From contig NC_068998.1 in assembly GCF_001194135.2 (NCBI RefSeq), positions 3,826,350 to 3,872,648 on the forward strand: 46,299 bases of DNA, in the 5' to 3' direction. The DNA comes from Octopus bimaculoides (lineage: Eukaryota). The translations under genes and the position numbers were made by a program. A model generated the notes under the pieces. It was given only the letters and a program-made list of their open reading frames with translations, made no database searches and had not been told where the DNA came from. Below are positions 1 through 13,143 of the stretch, piece after piece. Each line of letters starts with the position of its first letter. Position 1 is the first letter of the stretch.

Positions 1-1126
1 TAACAAAAATTTGGTAAAAATATAGTATCTGTTAACAATCTTAGCAATTTTGAGCTCTATTTAAAGTTGATATATACATATATATACATGCATACATATA
101 TACATATATACATATATATGATGCTATATAATAATTGTTCTCATGAATACGTATTCCTTCTATTCATTTATAATATACATTCATACATACATACATATGT
201 AAACATATGCATATACAATACTTGTTTAAATATATAACGTAAGTTTTATTCCATATTTATACTTTCATATTTCATTCTTTATCTTATGAAAATTATTACG
301 CATACGTTATTTTATCGTCATATATTTTGATATATGTGTATTTCATAAATCTCAAATATAAATAATAGATCGCAATGTTGAAACGCATGTAGTGATGTTC
401 TGAACTAACCAGCTACAGACACACACATAGGCTGTATATATATATATGGCATGAAAATCACGAGTTTAGGTATATATATATATATATATATATNNNNNNN
501 NNNNNNNNNNNNNNNNNNNNNNNNNNNNNNNNNNNNNNNNNNNNNNNNNNNNNNNNNNNNNNNNNNNNNNNNNNNNNNNNNNNNNNNNNNNNNNNNNNNN
601 NNNNNNNNNNNNNNNNNNNNNNNNNNNNNNNNNNNNNNNNNNNNNNNNNNNNNNNNNNNNNNNNNNNNNNNNNNNNNNNNNNNNNNNNNNNNNNNNNNNN
701 NNNNNNNNNNNNNNNNNNNNNNNNNNNNNNNNNNNNNNNNNNNNNNNNNNNNNNNNNNNNNNNNNNNNNNNNNNNNNNNNNNNNNNNNNNNNNNNNNNNN
801 NNNNNNNNNNNNNNNNNNNNNNNNNNNNNNNNNNNNNNNNNNNNNNNNNNNNNNNNNNNNNNNNNNNNNNNNNNNNNNNNNNNNNNNNNNNNNNNNNNNN
901 NNNNNNNNNNNNNNNNNNNNNNNNNNNNNNNNNNNNNNNNNNNNNNNNNNNNNNNNNNNNNNNNNNNNNNNNNNNNNNNNNNNNNNNNNNNNNNNNNNNN
1001 NNNNNNNNNNNNNNNNNNNNNNNNNNNNNNNNNNNNNNNNNNNNNNNNNNNNNNNNNNNNNNNNNNNNNNNNNNNNNNNNNNNNNNNNNNNNNNNNNNNN
1101 NNNNNNNNNNNNNNNNNNNNNNNNNN

Positions 1127-1194
<68 letters not shown>

Positions 1195-2076
1195 ATACGC
1201 GCTTTTTCAAATATATAAACACACACATATGAACCGAACATTAAATTGAATTATCTCAATATGATTTTTCGAATATAAAGAGTTTAATGATGATTCGCAT
1301 TGACTGAAAAATTTCGTTTGCTATGATGACAGATAATATGCTGAAACTTCGAAATTACTGTCAATATTTTCATTTTATTCTGAATGTTTGCACATGTATG
1401 CACTGATACACTAAAATATATATTTCTGTATACATACCTATCTATATCTTTGTGTATACCCCCACTTTCTATCTATTGCTACACACAAATATACATATAT
1501 ACGTACACACACACACATATAGGTGCACACGCACGTATGCTCACCTGAGGGCGAGTCGTCTTTTAAAATGAATATAGCCTTATTTAATTACTGAATTAAA
1601 ATAATTTTTTGTTACTTAATTTTCTCGTAATTTGCTAAAATCTACGTTCTTTGATTGCACTAATTTGATAAGGAAACGGTTTCGGTTCTTGTTAGTTTTG
1701 AATTGCAACCAAACATGGTTCTGTAGACCTATGTTGAGAAGCGTTCCACCGACGACCATTCGAAGTAATTTTTATCAGGCATTGCTTATATACATCATAG
1801 GACGCCGTTATGATGTTTATCTCATTTACTTTTAACACGGAAGATCGTTGAGGTAGATTTGACTGTTCTTTTTTACAGGTCGAACCATTGCAAACGATGT
1901 CGCCTTTTTGTTCGAACCAACCCTAGTTAATATTGTTGAAATGTTATGCTTTAGTTTTTAATTATTAAATTAATTGTTTAATTTTAGTTAATATAAAAAT
2001 AAAACTGCTGGAGTAGACTTATGGTTAAAAGCGTTCCATTTATGACTATTTCGCTTTAATTAACTGAATATTGTGC

Positions 2077-2250
2077 ACAGATATACATATATACGACAGA
2101 CTTCCTTTCAGTTTCCCTCTACCAAACTCACATGGCTTTGGCCGGCCCAAGGCTATAGTGAAAAACGCTTGCCCAAGGTGCCAGACAGTGGGACTGAACC
2201 CGGAACCATGTAGTTGGGAAGTAAACTTCTTACCACACAGCGACACCTGC
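2077..2250 (-). mobile_element. tRNA-derived SINE, family A (head and body)
   Basis: The reverse complement (GCAGGTGTCGCTGTGTGGTAAGAAGTTTAC...GGTTCCGGGTTCAGTCCCAC...GGCACCTTGGGCAAG) aligns with the copy at 22814; A/B-box-like head. Confidence 0.8.
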
Positions 2251-2684
2251 TCTTATCATGAGTAATTCTATAATTAATATTCTATTGAAATCAATTCTGT
2301 TCAATTTAAAAATCAATCAAGTTATTGAATTATTGAAAATTAATGGAATTATGACAGTGACATGATCCTATGTGTACGACGAAACTTTTAGAAACTTAAA
2401 AAATGCTACAACTGCAGAGATGTACTTTAAATTTGTCATGTCGTTTCGTATTATGTTTATTGTAAAAGCACGGAAAGCTAATGCCTTGTAAGCAAATTTA
2501 AGAATTCGGGTTTTATTCACATTTTTAACAACTTTTGTGGCTAAACCGTGAGTTATACGATGTCAGCTTATCGAAATAATTTTTAAATTCAATATGGGAC
2601 CAAGTGTGTAACTTAGGATGTGAATAAACTTGTTTTATCGTGTACACGAAGTTTACTAACTTCCTACACTTGGAAGTACTTACC

Positions 2685-2729
<45 letters not shown>

Positions 2730-2934
2730 GCCCTTCAAGGCGGTGCCCCAGGACGGCCACAATCCATAACTAAAAGATAAGACCTAAAAAGTATTTGCGG
2801 TGTTTTTTCTCATCAAGAAAGAAATGTACTTTTAAAACTGCAAGGTCAAGTTTTCCAAGGAATCTTTGAGGAAAATACTAGAATGCTGTAACTTTTGTTG
2901 GTTTTAACTTCAAGACAATGCCGAGCTTTTGGTC

Positions 2935-3420
2935 TTCTGATATAATTCCATCTACATCTTGGACGCTTTATAGGAACTAGTAAATCAAACCACAGTATTT
3001 CACTGGTACTTTGTTTCTATCTTGGTTTCTTTTCTTCTATTATAATTCCATTCACATCTTCAGTGCTTTATGGTAATGTTATATGGACCCCAGTATTTTA
3101 CTGGTACTTTATTTCATCGGTGTCATTGAAGATGGAAAGTCAAGTTAATCGTAGTCGCCTCTTATAAGTTCCATTATGGTTCCAATTGTATCTAAGATGT
3201 TTTATAGAAATATTAAATCAGCCCTGTTTTTCTTAAATTTTTTTTACTGATACTTCATCTGAGTCTATTGTGATTCCATTCACATCTCCATTGTTTTATG
3301 AGAACAACAAATAAACCCCAGGATTTAGTTGGTACCTTATTTTATCGACATCAGAATAACGAAAGGTAAAGAGTTCTTTTATAAATCTATTTACATTGAA
3401 GATATTTTATAGAAATATTC
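2935..3420. repeat. Degenerate tandem repeat (about 100-130 bp unit) containing SINE family B tail fragments
   Basis: ATAATTCCATTCACATCT-like motif near 2942, 3043, 3185, 3272 and 3390, usually followed by CAGTATTT.ACTGGTACTTT. Confidence 0.6.
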
Positions 3421-3459
3421 AAAGGATCCTAGACCTTCACAAATGCTTCAGCATATCAG

Positions 3460-3622
3460 TACATTGCGGATTTTTCTGACTATTATATGTAAATTTATAT
3501 CGCGGACCACTCAGTATATCGTGGGTTTCTGCGGCCGATAGGTATTTATATTTTTTAGATCTTAATTATTTCTGTAGGAGGTTTTGGAACGTAACACACG
3601 CGATAGTCGTGGGATTACTGTA
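3460..3622. mobile_element. Terminal fragment of a Tc1/mariner (pogo/Tigger-like) MITE
   Basis: Ends ...GCGATAGTCGTGGGATTACTG-TA; the reverse complement TA-CAGTAATCCCACGACTATCGCG is typical of pogo/Tigger-type TIRs. The other TIR is not clearly seen. Confidence 0.5.
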
Positions 3623-3638
3623 CTTATTTTATCTAAAC

Positions 3639-3902
3639 CAGTAGGTCTCAACCATTTTTTTTTTTTTGCCTGTGGACTCCTTTGATTCGTATTTTATTCG
3701 GATGGACCCACGTAGCCATTCAATGTTTAAAAATATCCTATTATATTTTGTAATCAAATATTATTAGGAACTGCATTAAGAAAAACTGTTAAAATATTCT
3801 TTGTATTGTAGAAATAAAACTAATTTATTGCTCGTAAATTCCAACGAAAAATCTTATATGGATCCCACAAAGATCATATGGGACCCCTGTTGAGAACCAC
3901 TG
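3639..3902. mobile_element. hAT-type MITE
   Basis: TIRs CAGTAGGTCTCAAC and GTTGAGAACCACTG; 8-bp flanks ATCTAAAC and ATATAAAT match at 6 of 8 positions, consistent with a decayed hAT TSD. Confidence 0.75.
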
Positions 3903-3985
3903 ATATAAATCTTTTATTATCTTAGATAAAGCATCGTAGATACTTAAATAGTAATAGTAGCTCAATATAAGCATGTAATGTCTGC

Positions 3986-5444
3986 TTTATTTTATCGACC
4001 CTGAAGGAATGAAATGTGGTGTAGGTTTCGGTGGAATTCGAACTCAGAATGTAAAATCTGTAACTGCAAACCGCAAAACACTTTGTTCGTTGCTCTCTCG
4101 ATTCTACCAATTCACCGACGTTCTTCTTTACGGTAATGATACTTTTCATAAACCACAAGACTTCAAATTTGAGGAATTGGTAAGGTTGATTATATCGAAC
4201 CCGTTCCATATTCAAAAAGAGCTTTATTTTATTGACCCCGGCAGAATGAAAGGTAAAATTGACCTCGTCAGGATTTGAACTCAAAAGGCAAAGGGACGTA
4301 GTTAAATATAGCAAAAGTTATTTGACTAACAGTCTGATGGGTCTGTCGTTCATCTCAGTAGTAACAATCCTTTCTAATATAGGCACAAGACCTGAAATTT
4401 TGGAGGAGGGGCTAGTCGACCTCAGTATTTCACTGGTGCTTAATTTATCGGCCCCGAAAGGATGAAAGGTAAAGTCAACCTCAGCGTAATTTGAACTCAG
4501 AACGTAAAGACGGACGAAATAATAATAATGGTTTCAAATTTTGGTACGAGGCCAGCAATGAAGGTGTTAGTGAATTACATTAACCCAGTACTTGATCGGT
4601 ACTCGGTTAATGATAACGTACTTGATCGGACCCCGGAGGAATGAAATACAAAGTTGATCTTGACTGAATTTGAACTCAGAACTTAAACGGGCGGATTAAA
4701 TAATGCAAGCCTTTTTTGTCCGATACCGTAAACAATTTGCCAGTTTCCTGCTCTTAAGAATACTTATTTTTAATTTAGGCGCATGGACAGCAATTTTCTT
4801 TTTTGGTATGTGTGTGTGGAGGGGGAGGTGATTATAAGTCCCGAGTATCTAACTGGTATTTCATTTTATTTTTCCCGGTGAGTAAGAAGTAAAGTTGAAA
4901 TCAAAACTTAAAAAGTCATAACCAACCACAAAGGTATTTTGTTCGCCGCTCTTTTGAGAGACCTGGGGTGGAGAGTTAGCCCTTTCCATCAACTCCTGTA
5001 CTTGATTGGTACTTTGCTTTATCGACCTCTGACAAGATAATATGTAAAGGTGACCTTGGCGGGATTTGAACTCAGAACGTAAAATCTTATGAATATAATG
5101 ACACTAATGTTGTTTACAGAAACACATCCGGCATATTCTGAAGAACATTATAATCGATTATATCGATCTTAGAAGAATAAAAGGCAAAAACGAATCCAGG
5201 CAGATTTGAACTCAAAGCCTGAATGTATAGAAAAGGAATTACCACCGTAATGTTTTCTATTTACTCTGCGCTCCAGCGATAAAAGAACTGCGGAGCGGTT
5301 ATAATAATTCTTTCAAATTTTGGCACAGGGCCAACAGTTTTTGAGGGGAGGATGAAGTCGATACATTAATCCCCAGTATTTGACTGGTATTTATTTTATC
5401 GATCCCAAAAAGATGAAAGGCAAAGTCGACCTCGACGGAATTTG
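3986..5444 (-). mobile_element. Cluster of about 8 co-oriented degenerate copies of tRNA-derived SINE family B
   Basis: The motif TTATCGACCC..GAAAGGATGAAAGG.AAAGT.GACCTC..CG.AATTTGAACTCAGAA recurs near 3990, 4230, 4445, 4625, 4870, 5020, 5160 and 5400. GAATTTGAACTC is a reverse B-box. Confidence 0.8.
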
Positions 5445-6112
5445 NNNNNNNNNNNNNNNNNNNNNNNNNNNNNNNNNNNNNNNNNNNNNNNNNNNNNNNN
5501 NNNNNNNNNNNNNNNNNNNNNNNNNNNNNNNNNNNNNNNNNNNNNNNNNNNNNNNNNNNNNNNNNNNNNNNNNNNNNNNNNNNNNNNNNNNNNNNNNNNN
5601 NNNNNNNNNNNNNNNNNNNNNNNNNNNNNNNNNNNNNNNNNNNNNNNNNNNNNNNNNNNNNNNNNNNNNNNNNNNNNNNNNNNNNNNNNNNNNNNNNNNN
5701 NNNNNNNNNNNNNNNNNNNNNNNNNNNNNNNNNNNNNNNNNNNNNNNNNNNNNNNNNNNNNNNNNNNNATATATATATATGTATGTATGTATATATGTAT
5801 GTATGTATGTATGTCTTGTTTGTTTACTTTGACATTGCTATCTTGAACATGAAATTAAAATATAAATAGTGATTTAAGAAAATGGAAAGAGAAAAGAGAA
5901 AAAAAATATTCGATCCTTTTGGAGATGTTATGTAGATTATTATTATTATTATTATTATTATCGTTTTAAAGTACATGTGTGTAGTGTACTTTAACTAAAG
6001 TACCGAGATAGCATGTATGTGCCGTGTTTGAATAAATTGTAAACAAAATTTCCATACGTACGTTCCATAAACATTGCGTTTGTGAAGCGAGGCTAAATAT
6101 AAATGGTAAACA

Positions 6113-6179
<67 letters not shown>

Positions 6180-6379
6180 TTTATTTATTTATTTATCTCA
6201 ACACACACATATATATATGCTCGTAAGATTTCGTTCATCTTGTTACGGTTACTACATCTCAAGTTCGCCCTCACCGCTCAAAGGCACTCAAGCCATGACC
6301 ATCCCATCGTTTTGGAATGTCCTATTCTACTTTGTAAACTATACGGTAATGGTTCGAGAATGACTTTTGCCTGGTTTTT

Positions 6380-7381
6380 CTAGCAAATAAACGTGACCGC
6401 GTAGAGAAATCGCTATCGGTTTGTTTGTTTACATCAGCTAACAGCGCCATGTGACCAAGATTTTTTTTATTTATGCTTTATTTATTTTCGTAAACGGGAT
6501 GTTTATGGAAAATAAAGTCGAGACATCAACAAATATATGCACACATGTACAGTGTCAATTAAATCATTAATTATATTTTGGTTGGATTTTTTTTTTTAAG
6601 GAGGGAGAAAGCAAGAACGAAATTGAAAAGTCAATTTTTTTCTTTGTGCAAATATTCGACTTTTGCCCCGCTCTAAACATCGCCATTGATGGTCGCACAT
6701 GTAGAAGCATGTTACACAGAACTGCCAACATTTCTCGCTACTGCCTCTACTGGTGGCTAAGGAAAACTGTGTGAGTGCTGTTGTGCACCATCTTAACTGC
6801 TGCTGGGGCTGTCAGCAGTAAGAAGTTAGCTGGCTGATTCTAATTTCACCAACTTCTACCCTACCAACCGTCTGTCGGAACCACCCTAACTCCGGCCGAG
6901 CGATCTGGCTGCTTTTCCCTCTTTCTCCATCACTCTTCCTTCTAAGTCTTACTCTATCACCTCCCCCTCCAGCTCATGTTTCTTACTCTCTCTCGCACAC
7001 ACATACACACACACACTCCTTCTCTTTCTCTGGCTCCAACCGACCACGTCTCATTCTGTCTCAGTATTTCTTCCTTCCTCCATTATTCTTCCTCTTTTCC
7101 TTTTTCTTTCTTTCTCTCTCTGTCTCTCTGTCTCTCTCTCGCAACTTCTACTGAGACTCATTGATAAACTAAGCTAAGTGAGACAGTAGGGGGGGAAACA
7201 TTTCCCCACCTATTTTCCTCCTCTGCCTTCTTGTCATCCATTGGCTTCTCCTCCCAGCTTCTAAGCCGCACCCTGATTTCTCCACTATCTATCTACGCTA
7301 GGGTGCACCAAGGCTGGATAGGCTGTTTCGGCTGTATAACTGCAACTTCCGCACTCCTTCCCTCTTTCTCTCTCTCCCGTT

Positions 7382-7428
<47 letters not shown>

Positions 7429-8707
7429 CGTACCGTGTGAATGTGGTAGGCTGCTGCAATAACGCTAGGCCTTGACTCGATATTACCTAACCGCCTATTC
7501 AAATTTAATTTATGTTAGAATTCTTGAGTGTCCATCACTTCGTTCGTCGTACGTCCCTCGATATCGCAACCCGCGCAACATAGCCAGCTCTTCTTTATTT
7601 TTTATATTTTTGTTTTGTTTTTTTTAGATAGGGGACTTAATCCATCACGAGTTAACGGCCCTCATTCAATAAACTAATCAAATATTTGATGATTTTTTCT
7701 TCTTTTTTTTCTTTTAAGGAAGAAAAAAAGTTATCAAAAACTTTTTCATTGAAATCCTATTTCCCGTATTCATTTTTTTGTGTGTTTGTTTGTTTATTTT
7801 ATTATATATTTTTTCTTCACCGGATCACCTGGAGCGGAAGTAAACATATTAAAATTTGACACAATAGTCGGTTCAGCGTCGCCAGCTCCCCCCTCGTACC
7901 ATTTGCGATCTATCGTCTGCTTTCCTTTCGTATCGTCTGCTTTCCTTTCATTGACTATCCTTGCTTTTATTGTTCACCGTCTCCACTTCCTCCTCACTCA
8001 CCGTTGTGATTTCAATCGATGGTTCTAGTTCTTTCTGGAGACGAAGATAATGTCTTCCTGATGCATAAGTTGGTGTCGGATGAAACACAAACACCTGGGG
8101 TGGGGGTGAAGAATAAGGGGTGTCGTGTGGACACTGAGAGAGGAGACAACGTAACGAACCCAGCCCCTTTGTACGATCGCGGACGCCCCAGGGGTCGCCC
8201 GGGTCTCCTGGCGCACCTGGCAGCCTTCTTACACACGGAGTAATTAACGGCCGAGCCGACTTGACCACAGATAGACAATAAGTTGATCGCACCGAGAGCG
8301 TCATTGCCTTTACAAATTCGCTTCTTTATTGTTAGAAATCCGCTTAAATTAGCTGTGAAACATCGTGACCATGTAAACGGCTATAGCGATGCTTCGGACG
8401 GACAACGTCGGCAAACGCGCTCCATCGACTTTTCTCTTCCTAGTCCTTCTGTAACTATCGGCTTTTCCCAAAACCCTAACATTTTTTCCTTTTCTTTCTT
8501 CCTTTCACGCACTCCCTCTCTCACACTCCCGCTCTCATTTTTCTTTTTCTTGTTCTTATTCTTCTTCATCTGTTGTCTCATTTACTCCACCTACGAACAG
8601 TTGTTCACAAACACACTTCAACATAGAACACCCGTTTTTGATTTCCAGTCAATTCCGGGTGCGTAGCGGGTTTTCGCCACCTAACATCCCATCTCCGAGA
8701 ACCGCTG
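6380..8707 (+). promoter_or_regulatory. GC/CpG-enriched putative promoter and 5' UTR region upstream of candidate first coding exon
   Basis: Higher GC and CpG content and sequence complexity than the flanks. Contains (CT)n tracts and candidate donors TGT|GTGAGT (6770/6771) and GCA|GTAAGA (6817/6818). Candidate acceptor TTTTTGATTTCCAG| ends at 8648. No TSS data. Confidence 0.45.
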
Positions 8708-8822
8708 ATGCCACCCGAGAAAGCACCTCACGAACATACTGCATCCATGTCTGTGCCCAAGTCACAATGCACCGCTGAAATAGCCCGGCCAGGCCCGAGC
8801 ACTGAGGAAATACCTGCAGAAG
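8708..8822 (+). CDS. Candidate first coding exon A: MPPEKAPHEHTASMSVPKSQCTAEIARPGPSTEEIPAE, ends in phase 1
   Basis: ATG at 8708 (second in-frame ATG at 8747), 38 open codons plus 1 nt, then strong donor GAAG|GTGAGT (GT at 8823). The frame is also open from the acceptor at 8648, which would give a 174-nt phase 1-1 exon. Protein not recognised. Confidence 0.55.
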
Positions 8823-9266
8823 GTGAGTACACGTATATCTTTATCGTTCATTAAACTGTTTGTTGCACCAACAATTATTTCTGATTCTGTCGTCCAAATT
8901 CTTTTTCTGTCAATCTTTGACACTGTTTCAAGTAATTTTCTTAAACTGTTTTCCTAATCAAAACGAAAACAGTGTGAAAAATTTTTCATTCTGGAAAAAA
9001 AAAAAAAAAGAGAAAAGAAAAAAGAAAAAGTGAAAAGAAAAAAGTGAAAAAATGAAAATATCTCAAAAGAAAAGAAAAAACGTACTGATAAGAATACGTG
9101 TCAAACTAGACAGAAGAATATGTGAAATGTCTGAAAAAAAAAATAAAGTTTCTTGCAAAGAAATCTCGCAAAACGAAATAAAAGGTGGAGGTCTTACTTA
9201 AAGATTGTCTGTGAAATAGAGAGCAATAAACCTGTATATATAACCATATCTATATCTATCTATCTA

Positions 9267-9309
<43 letters not shown>

Positions 9310-10048
9310 NNNNNNNNNNNNNNNNNNNNNNNNNNNNNNNNNNNNNNNNNNNNNNNNNNNNNNNNNNNNNNNNNNNNNNNNNNNNNNNNNNNNNNNNNNN
9401 NNNNNNNNNNNNNNNNNNNNNNNNNNNNNNNNNNNNNNNNNNNNNNNNNNNNNNNNNNNNNNNNNNNNNNNNNNNNNNNNNNNNNNNNNNNNNNNNNNNN
9501 NNNNNNNNNNNNNNNNNNNNNNNNNNNNNNNNNNNNNNNNNNNNNNNNNATATATATATATATATATATAACATGTTAGAAAAGCAAGTCTTGCACAAAC
9601 CTGTTCATTTAATAAGTTTAATCTCTAATTTCAACTTTATTGATATCCAAAAGGAAAGTAAGAAAAATAAAGTTATAAAAATTGGTAGATAAATGGACAG
9701 TTAAATAGATAGATGGATAAAGAGATAGATAGATTGATAGATAGATAGAATCTATCTCTGTTCTGTAATAAGAGCAGGGGAAATAATTCTCTTGCACAAA
9801 AGTAATGAAAACGAGTCCTAGAATCATTTATGAATACAGCTATTAGTTGTTATATTGTGTATGTGAGTGTATATGTGTGTATGGTGTGTATATAACGTGA
9901 GTATATATATATATATATGTGCGTGTGTGTGTGTATGTGCATTTTGTGTGTAAATGTATGCATAAATGCATGCATAACCATGTAAGTCTATATATAAATA
10001 AACGATATATGTATATATATAGATGTGTGTAAAAATGCACAAATTCAT

Positions 10049-10097
<49 letters not shown>

Positions 10098-10188
10098 TGT
10101 GTATGTATTCTGTAAATGTATAAATACATACACATATTTACGTATGAGAGTGTAAAAATGTATGCATAAATGTAAAGTATATGCAAAA

Positions 10189-10222
<34 letters not shown>

Positions 10223-10887
10223 NNNNNNNNNNNNNNNNNNNNNNNNNNNNNNNNNNNNNNNNNNNNNNNNNNNNNNNNNNNNNNNNNNNNNNNNNNNNNN
10301 NNNNNNNNNNNNNNNNNNNNNNNNNNNNNNNNNNNNNNNNNNNNNNNNNNNNNNNNNNNNNNNNNNNNNNNNNNNNNNNNNNNNNNNNNNNNNNNNNNNN
10401 NNNNNNNNNNNNNNNNNNNNNNNNNNNNNNNNNNNNNNNNNNNNNNNNNNNNNNNNNNNNNNNNNNNNNNNNNNNNNNNNNNNNNNNNNNNNATATATAT
10501 ATGGTAAACTGTTTATTTATCAAAAATATGTTGCCTGATAAAGTAAGCATCTGACAACTTTTTCTCACCTGGGTATGAAGTAATTAAGGAAAAGATGATG
10601 TACGAATTTGCTGCCAATAAATTGAGTGTTATAATTCTATATAATGTAAATAGAAGATAATACGTGTGTGTGTGTGTGTGCTTGAATGTATGTCCATGTG
10701 TGTGTGAGAGAGAGAGATAGAGAGAGAAACAGAGAGAGAGAATGTGTATAATGTATGGATATATACAAACATACTTTTACATACAAATGTCTGCTTACGT
10801 GCAGATATGTATTCATATGTATACACAAATGTAAAGTTATATACATGTGTGTGAGTTTGTGCGTTTGTATGTCAAAAACGTATACAT

Positions 10888-10971
<84 letters not shown>

Positions 10972-11218
10972 ATATATATGCAAATTTATGTGTGTAATGG
11001 TATATGTATATATATATATGTGTGTGTGTATGTGTATAAATTCGTATATAATATACACAAGCTTGTAGATTATGCACACAAATACTGAAATTGACACTTA
11101 TTTTCTAAACAAATGTGGTTGGGGCAGTTAGAACTACCATAAATGGTTAATAAGCTCTCTAATAAACTTGCATTTGGAAAGTAATCAATCTATATTATAT
11201 AATCAATATGTGTGTGTG

Positions 11219-11250
<32 letters not shown>

Positions 11251-12389
11251 TGTATGTATGTATGTATATGTCTATAGTATATGTTAATATTTCGCCATGT
11301 ACAAGTGCCATACTCATAGCAGGAAACAAAACAAAGAACAATAACCACTGATAACTAAAAGAAGTTCATGAAAGAAACGAAATGACGGGTATCAGATGTT
11401 ATAAACTTGTTTAATTTTAGGGTTAATTGCACTTTGGGGCTGTATAGTAATTAACACATGCGTGCACACACGCACACGATATGATTTTTAAAATTATTCA
11501 CAAAATCTGAACTGTTGGGTATTTAATTATTATAGTATAGTTTTAACTTGTATTTAACACGTAGCAGAATCACCATATGTAGTAGTAGTAGTTGTATTAG
11601 TAGTAGTAGTGATAATTATCATGGCTGCGAGGCTATATATTTTGGGTGTATGATAATTAATTAAATTAAGAAACGTTAGTTTAATTGATATAGTAACGTT
11701 AATAATTATGATGATGTTTATGATTATGATGATGACAATAATGATAAGAACAATAATAACAACAATAATAATTGTGTTAATTATGATGAGAATAATAATG
11801 GTAGTAATAGCTACAATAAAAGCGATGACTTATTTGGTTCAATATATCAATCAGATGAAGGGGACATTACAAAGATGATTAAGGATTTTTGTTGAAGTTT
11901 ATATAATAGATGAGGGAAGGAAAGTGAGACGAGAGGAATGAGATAAAAATTAATATTAATTAATATAAATTAGGAAACAAATAGATTAGCGATGGTATAA
12001 CAATGATAAAAATGGTAATACTAATTACGTTGATAACAGTTCTTGGAAAAGACTGCTACAAAAACATGAAAAGAATGGGAAAAAAAAATTACATGTTGAT
12101 GTGTGGATTGTATTTAAGACATTACGTTAATACCAATTCTATGTTATAATATTAGAATGTATTCCATGCTAGAATATATACAACTTCAATATTTATTTAT
12201 CAAACTTTTACAAGAGGAAAGATAGTGACCTCGAAGTTACTGCCGGCCTTCGTCGGTCTGTTTAATATACATGAATTCTACAAAAAAGCATTGGAGTAAT
12301 TCTTCAGTTTAAATTATTTTTTTATTGTCTTGNNNNNNNNNNNNNNNNNNNNNNNNNNNNNNNNNNNNNNNNNNNNNNNNNNNNNNNNN

Positions 12390-12426
<37 letters not shown>

Positions 12427-12459
12427 TACATATGTGATTATACACACACATATATATCT

Positions 12460-12673
12460 TTAATGTTTGTTCAGTTATAATAAAATAATAAAAACAATTT
12501 TACATTAATCTGGTGGATTACTCTATACTTTTGTAGAGTAAAAATTTATTTTTCTTATGCAAAAATATTATTGATAGTGACTTAGAAGTTTTGGCCAGTT
12601 CTAGCCATCGTCGGACGATGAATTAACGGGTCGAAACATCAAAGTTACTGTCAAATATATTCTTGTTTAAGAA
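12460..12673. mobile_element. Palindromic non-autonomous element (MITE-like), inverted relative to the 42415-42610 copy
   Basis: Arms TTCTTATGCAAAAATATTATTGATAGTGAC... (from 12552) and ...GTTACTGTCAAATATATTCTTGTTTAAGAA (to 12673); 12460-12550 is the reverse complement of 42520-42610. Confidence 0.7.
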
Positions 12674-13111
12674 TACACACACACACATGCTATAATATAT
12701 ATATATAAATATAAATAAAGAAAAAGAGAGAAAGACAAAGGAAGACAGAACAGCATAAAATTGTGTTGATTGAGGAAACGACGTTAATTTCTTAACTTAT
12801 TAAATTGCGTTAACATTTTCCTCTTTATTACCGTTGTTGTCATTGTTGTGGCGCAAATATATTATTCTCTCTTATAATTATCATTATTTTAATTGCTATA
12901 TAGACTATTATATCTTTAAAATATATACTAGCATTATCTTTACGTTCCTTATTTATTTATTTGCTTATTTATTGTTACCATTTTTTCCTTTTATCATTTT
13001 TTTTCTCTTTATTCTTCCTTACACTCTTGTAAGATTTCGTGGTTGTTATCTTAACATTTAGCTTGTTGGCTTTTATGGCCTTTACTGTACTGTCTGTTTG
13101 TGTGGCTGGCA

Positions 13112-13143
<32 letters not shown>

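Noticed and set aside
3986-5444. Regularly spaced repeats resembling a CRISPR array
   Set aside because: Eukaryotic context, long and highly diverged units with a tRNA B-box, and no cas genes; this is a SINE cluster.
7948-8304. 118-aa minus-strand ORF over the GC-rich island
   Set aside because: No recognisable domain or supporting minus-strand exon chain; open frames are expected in GC-rich DNA.
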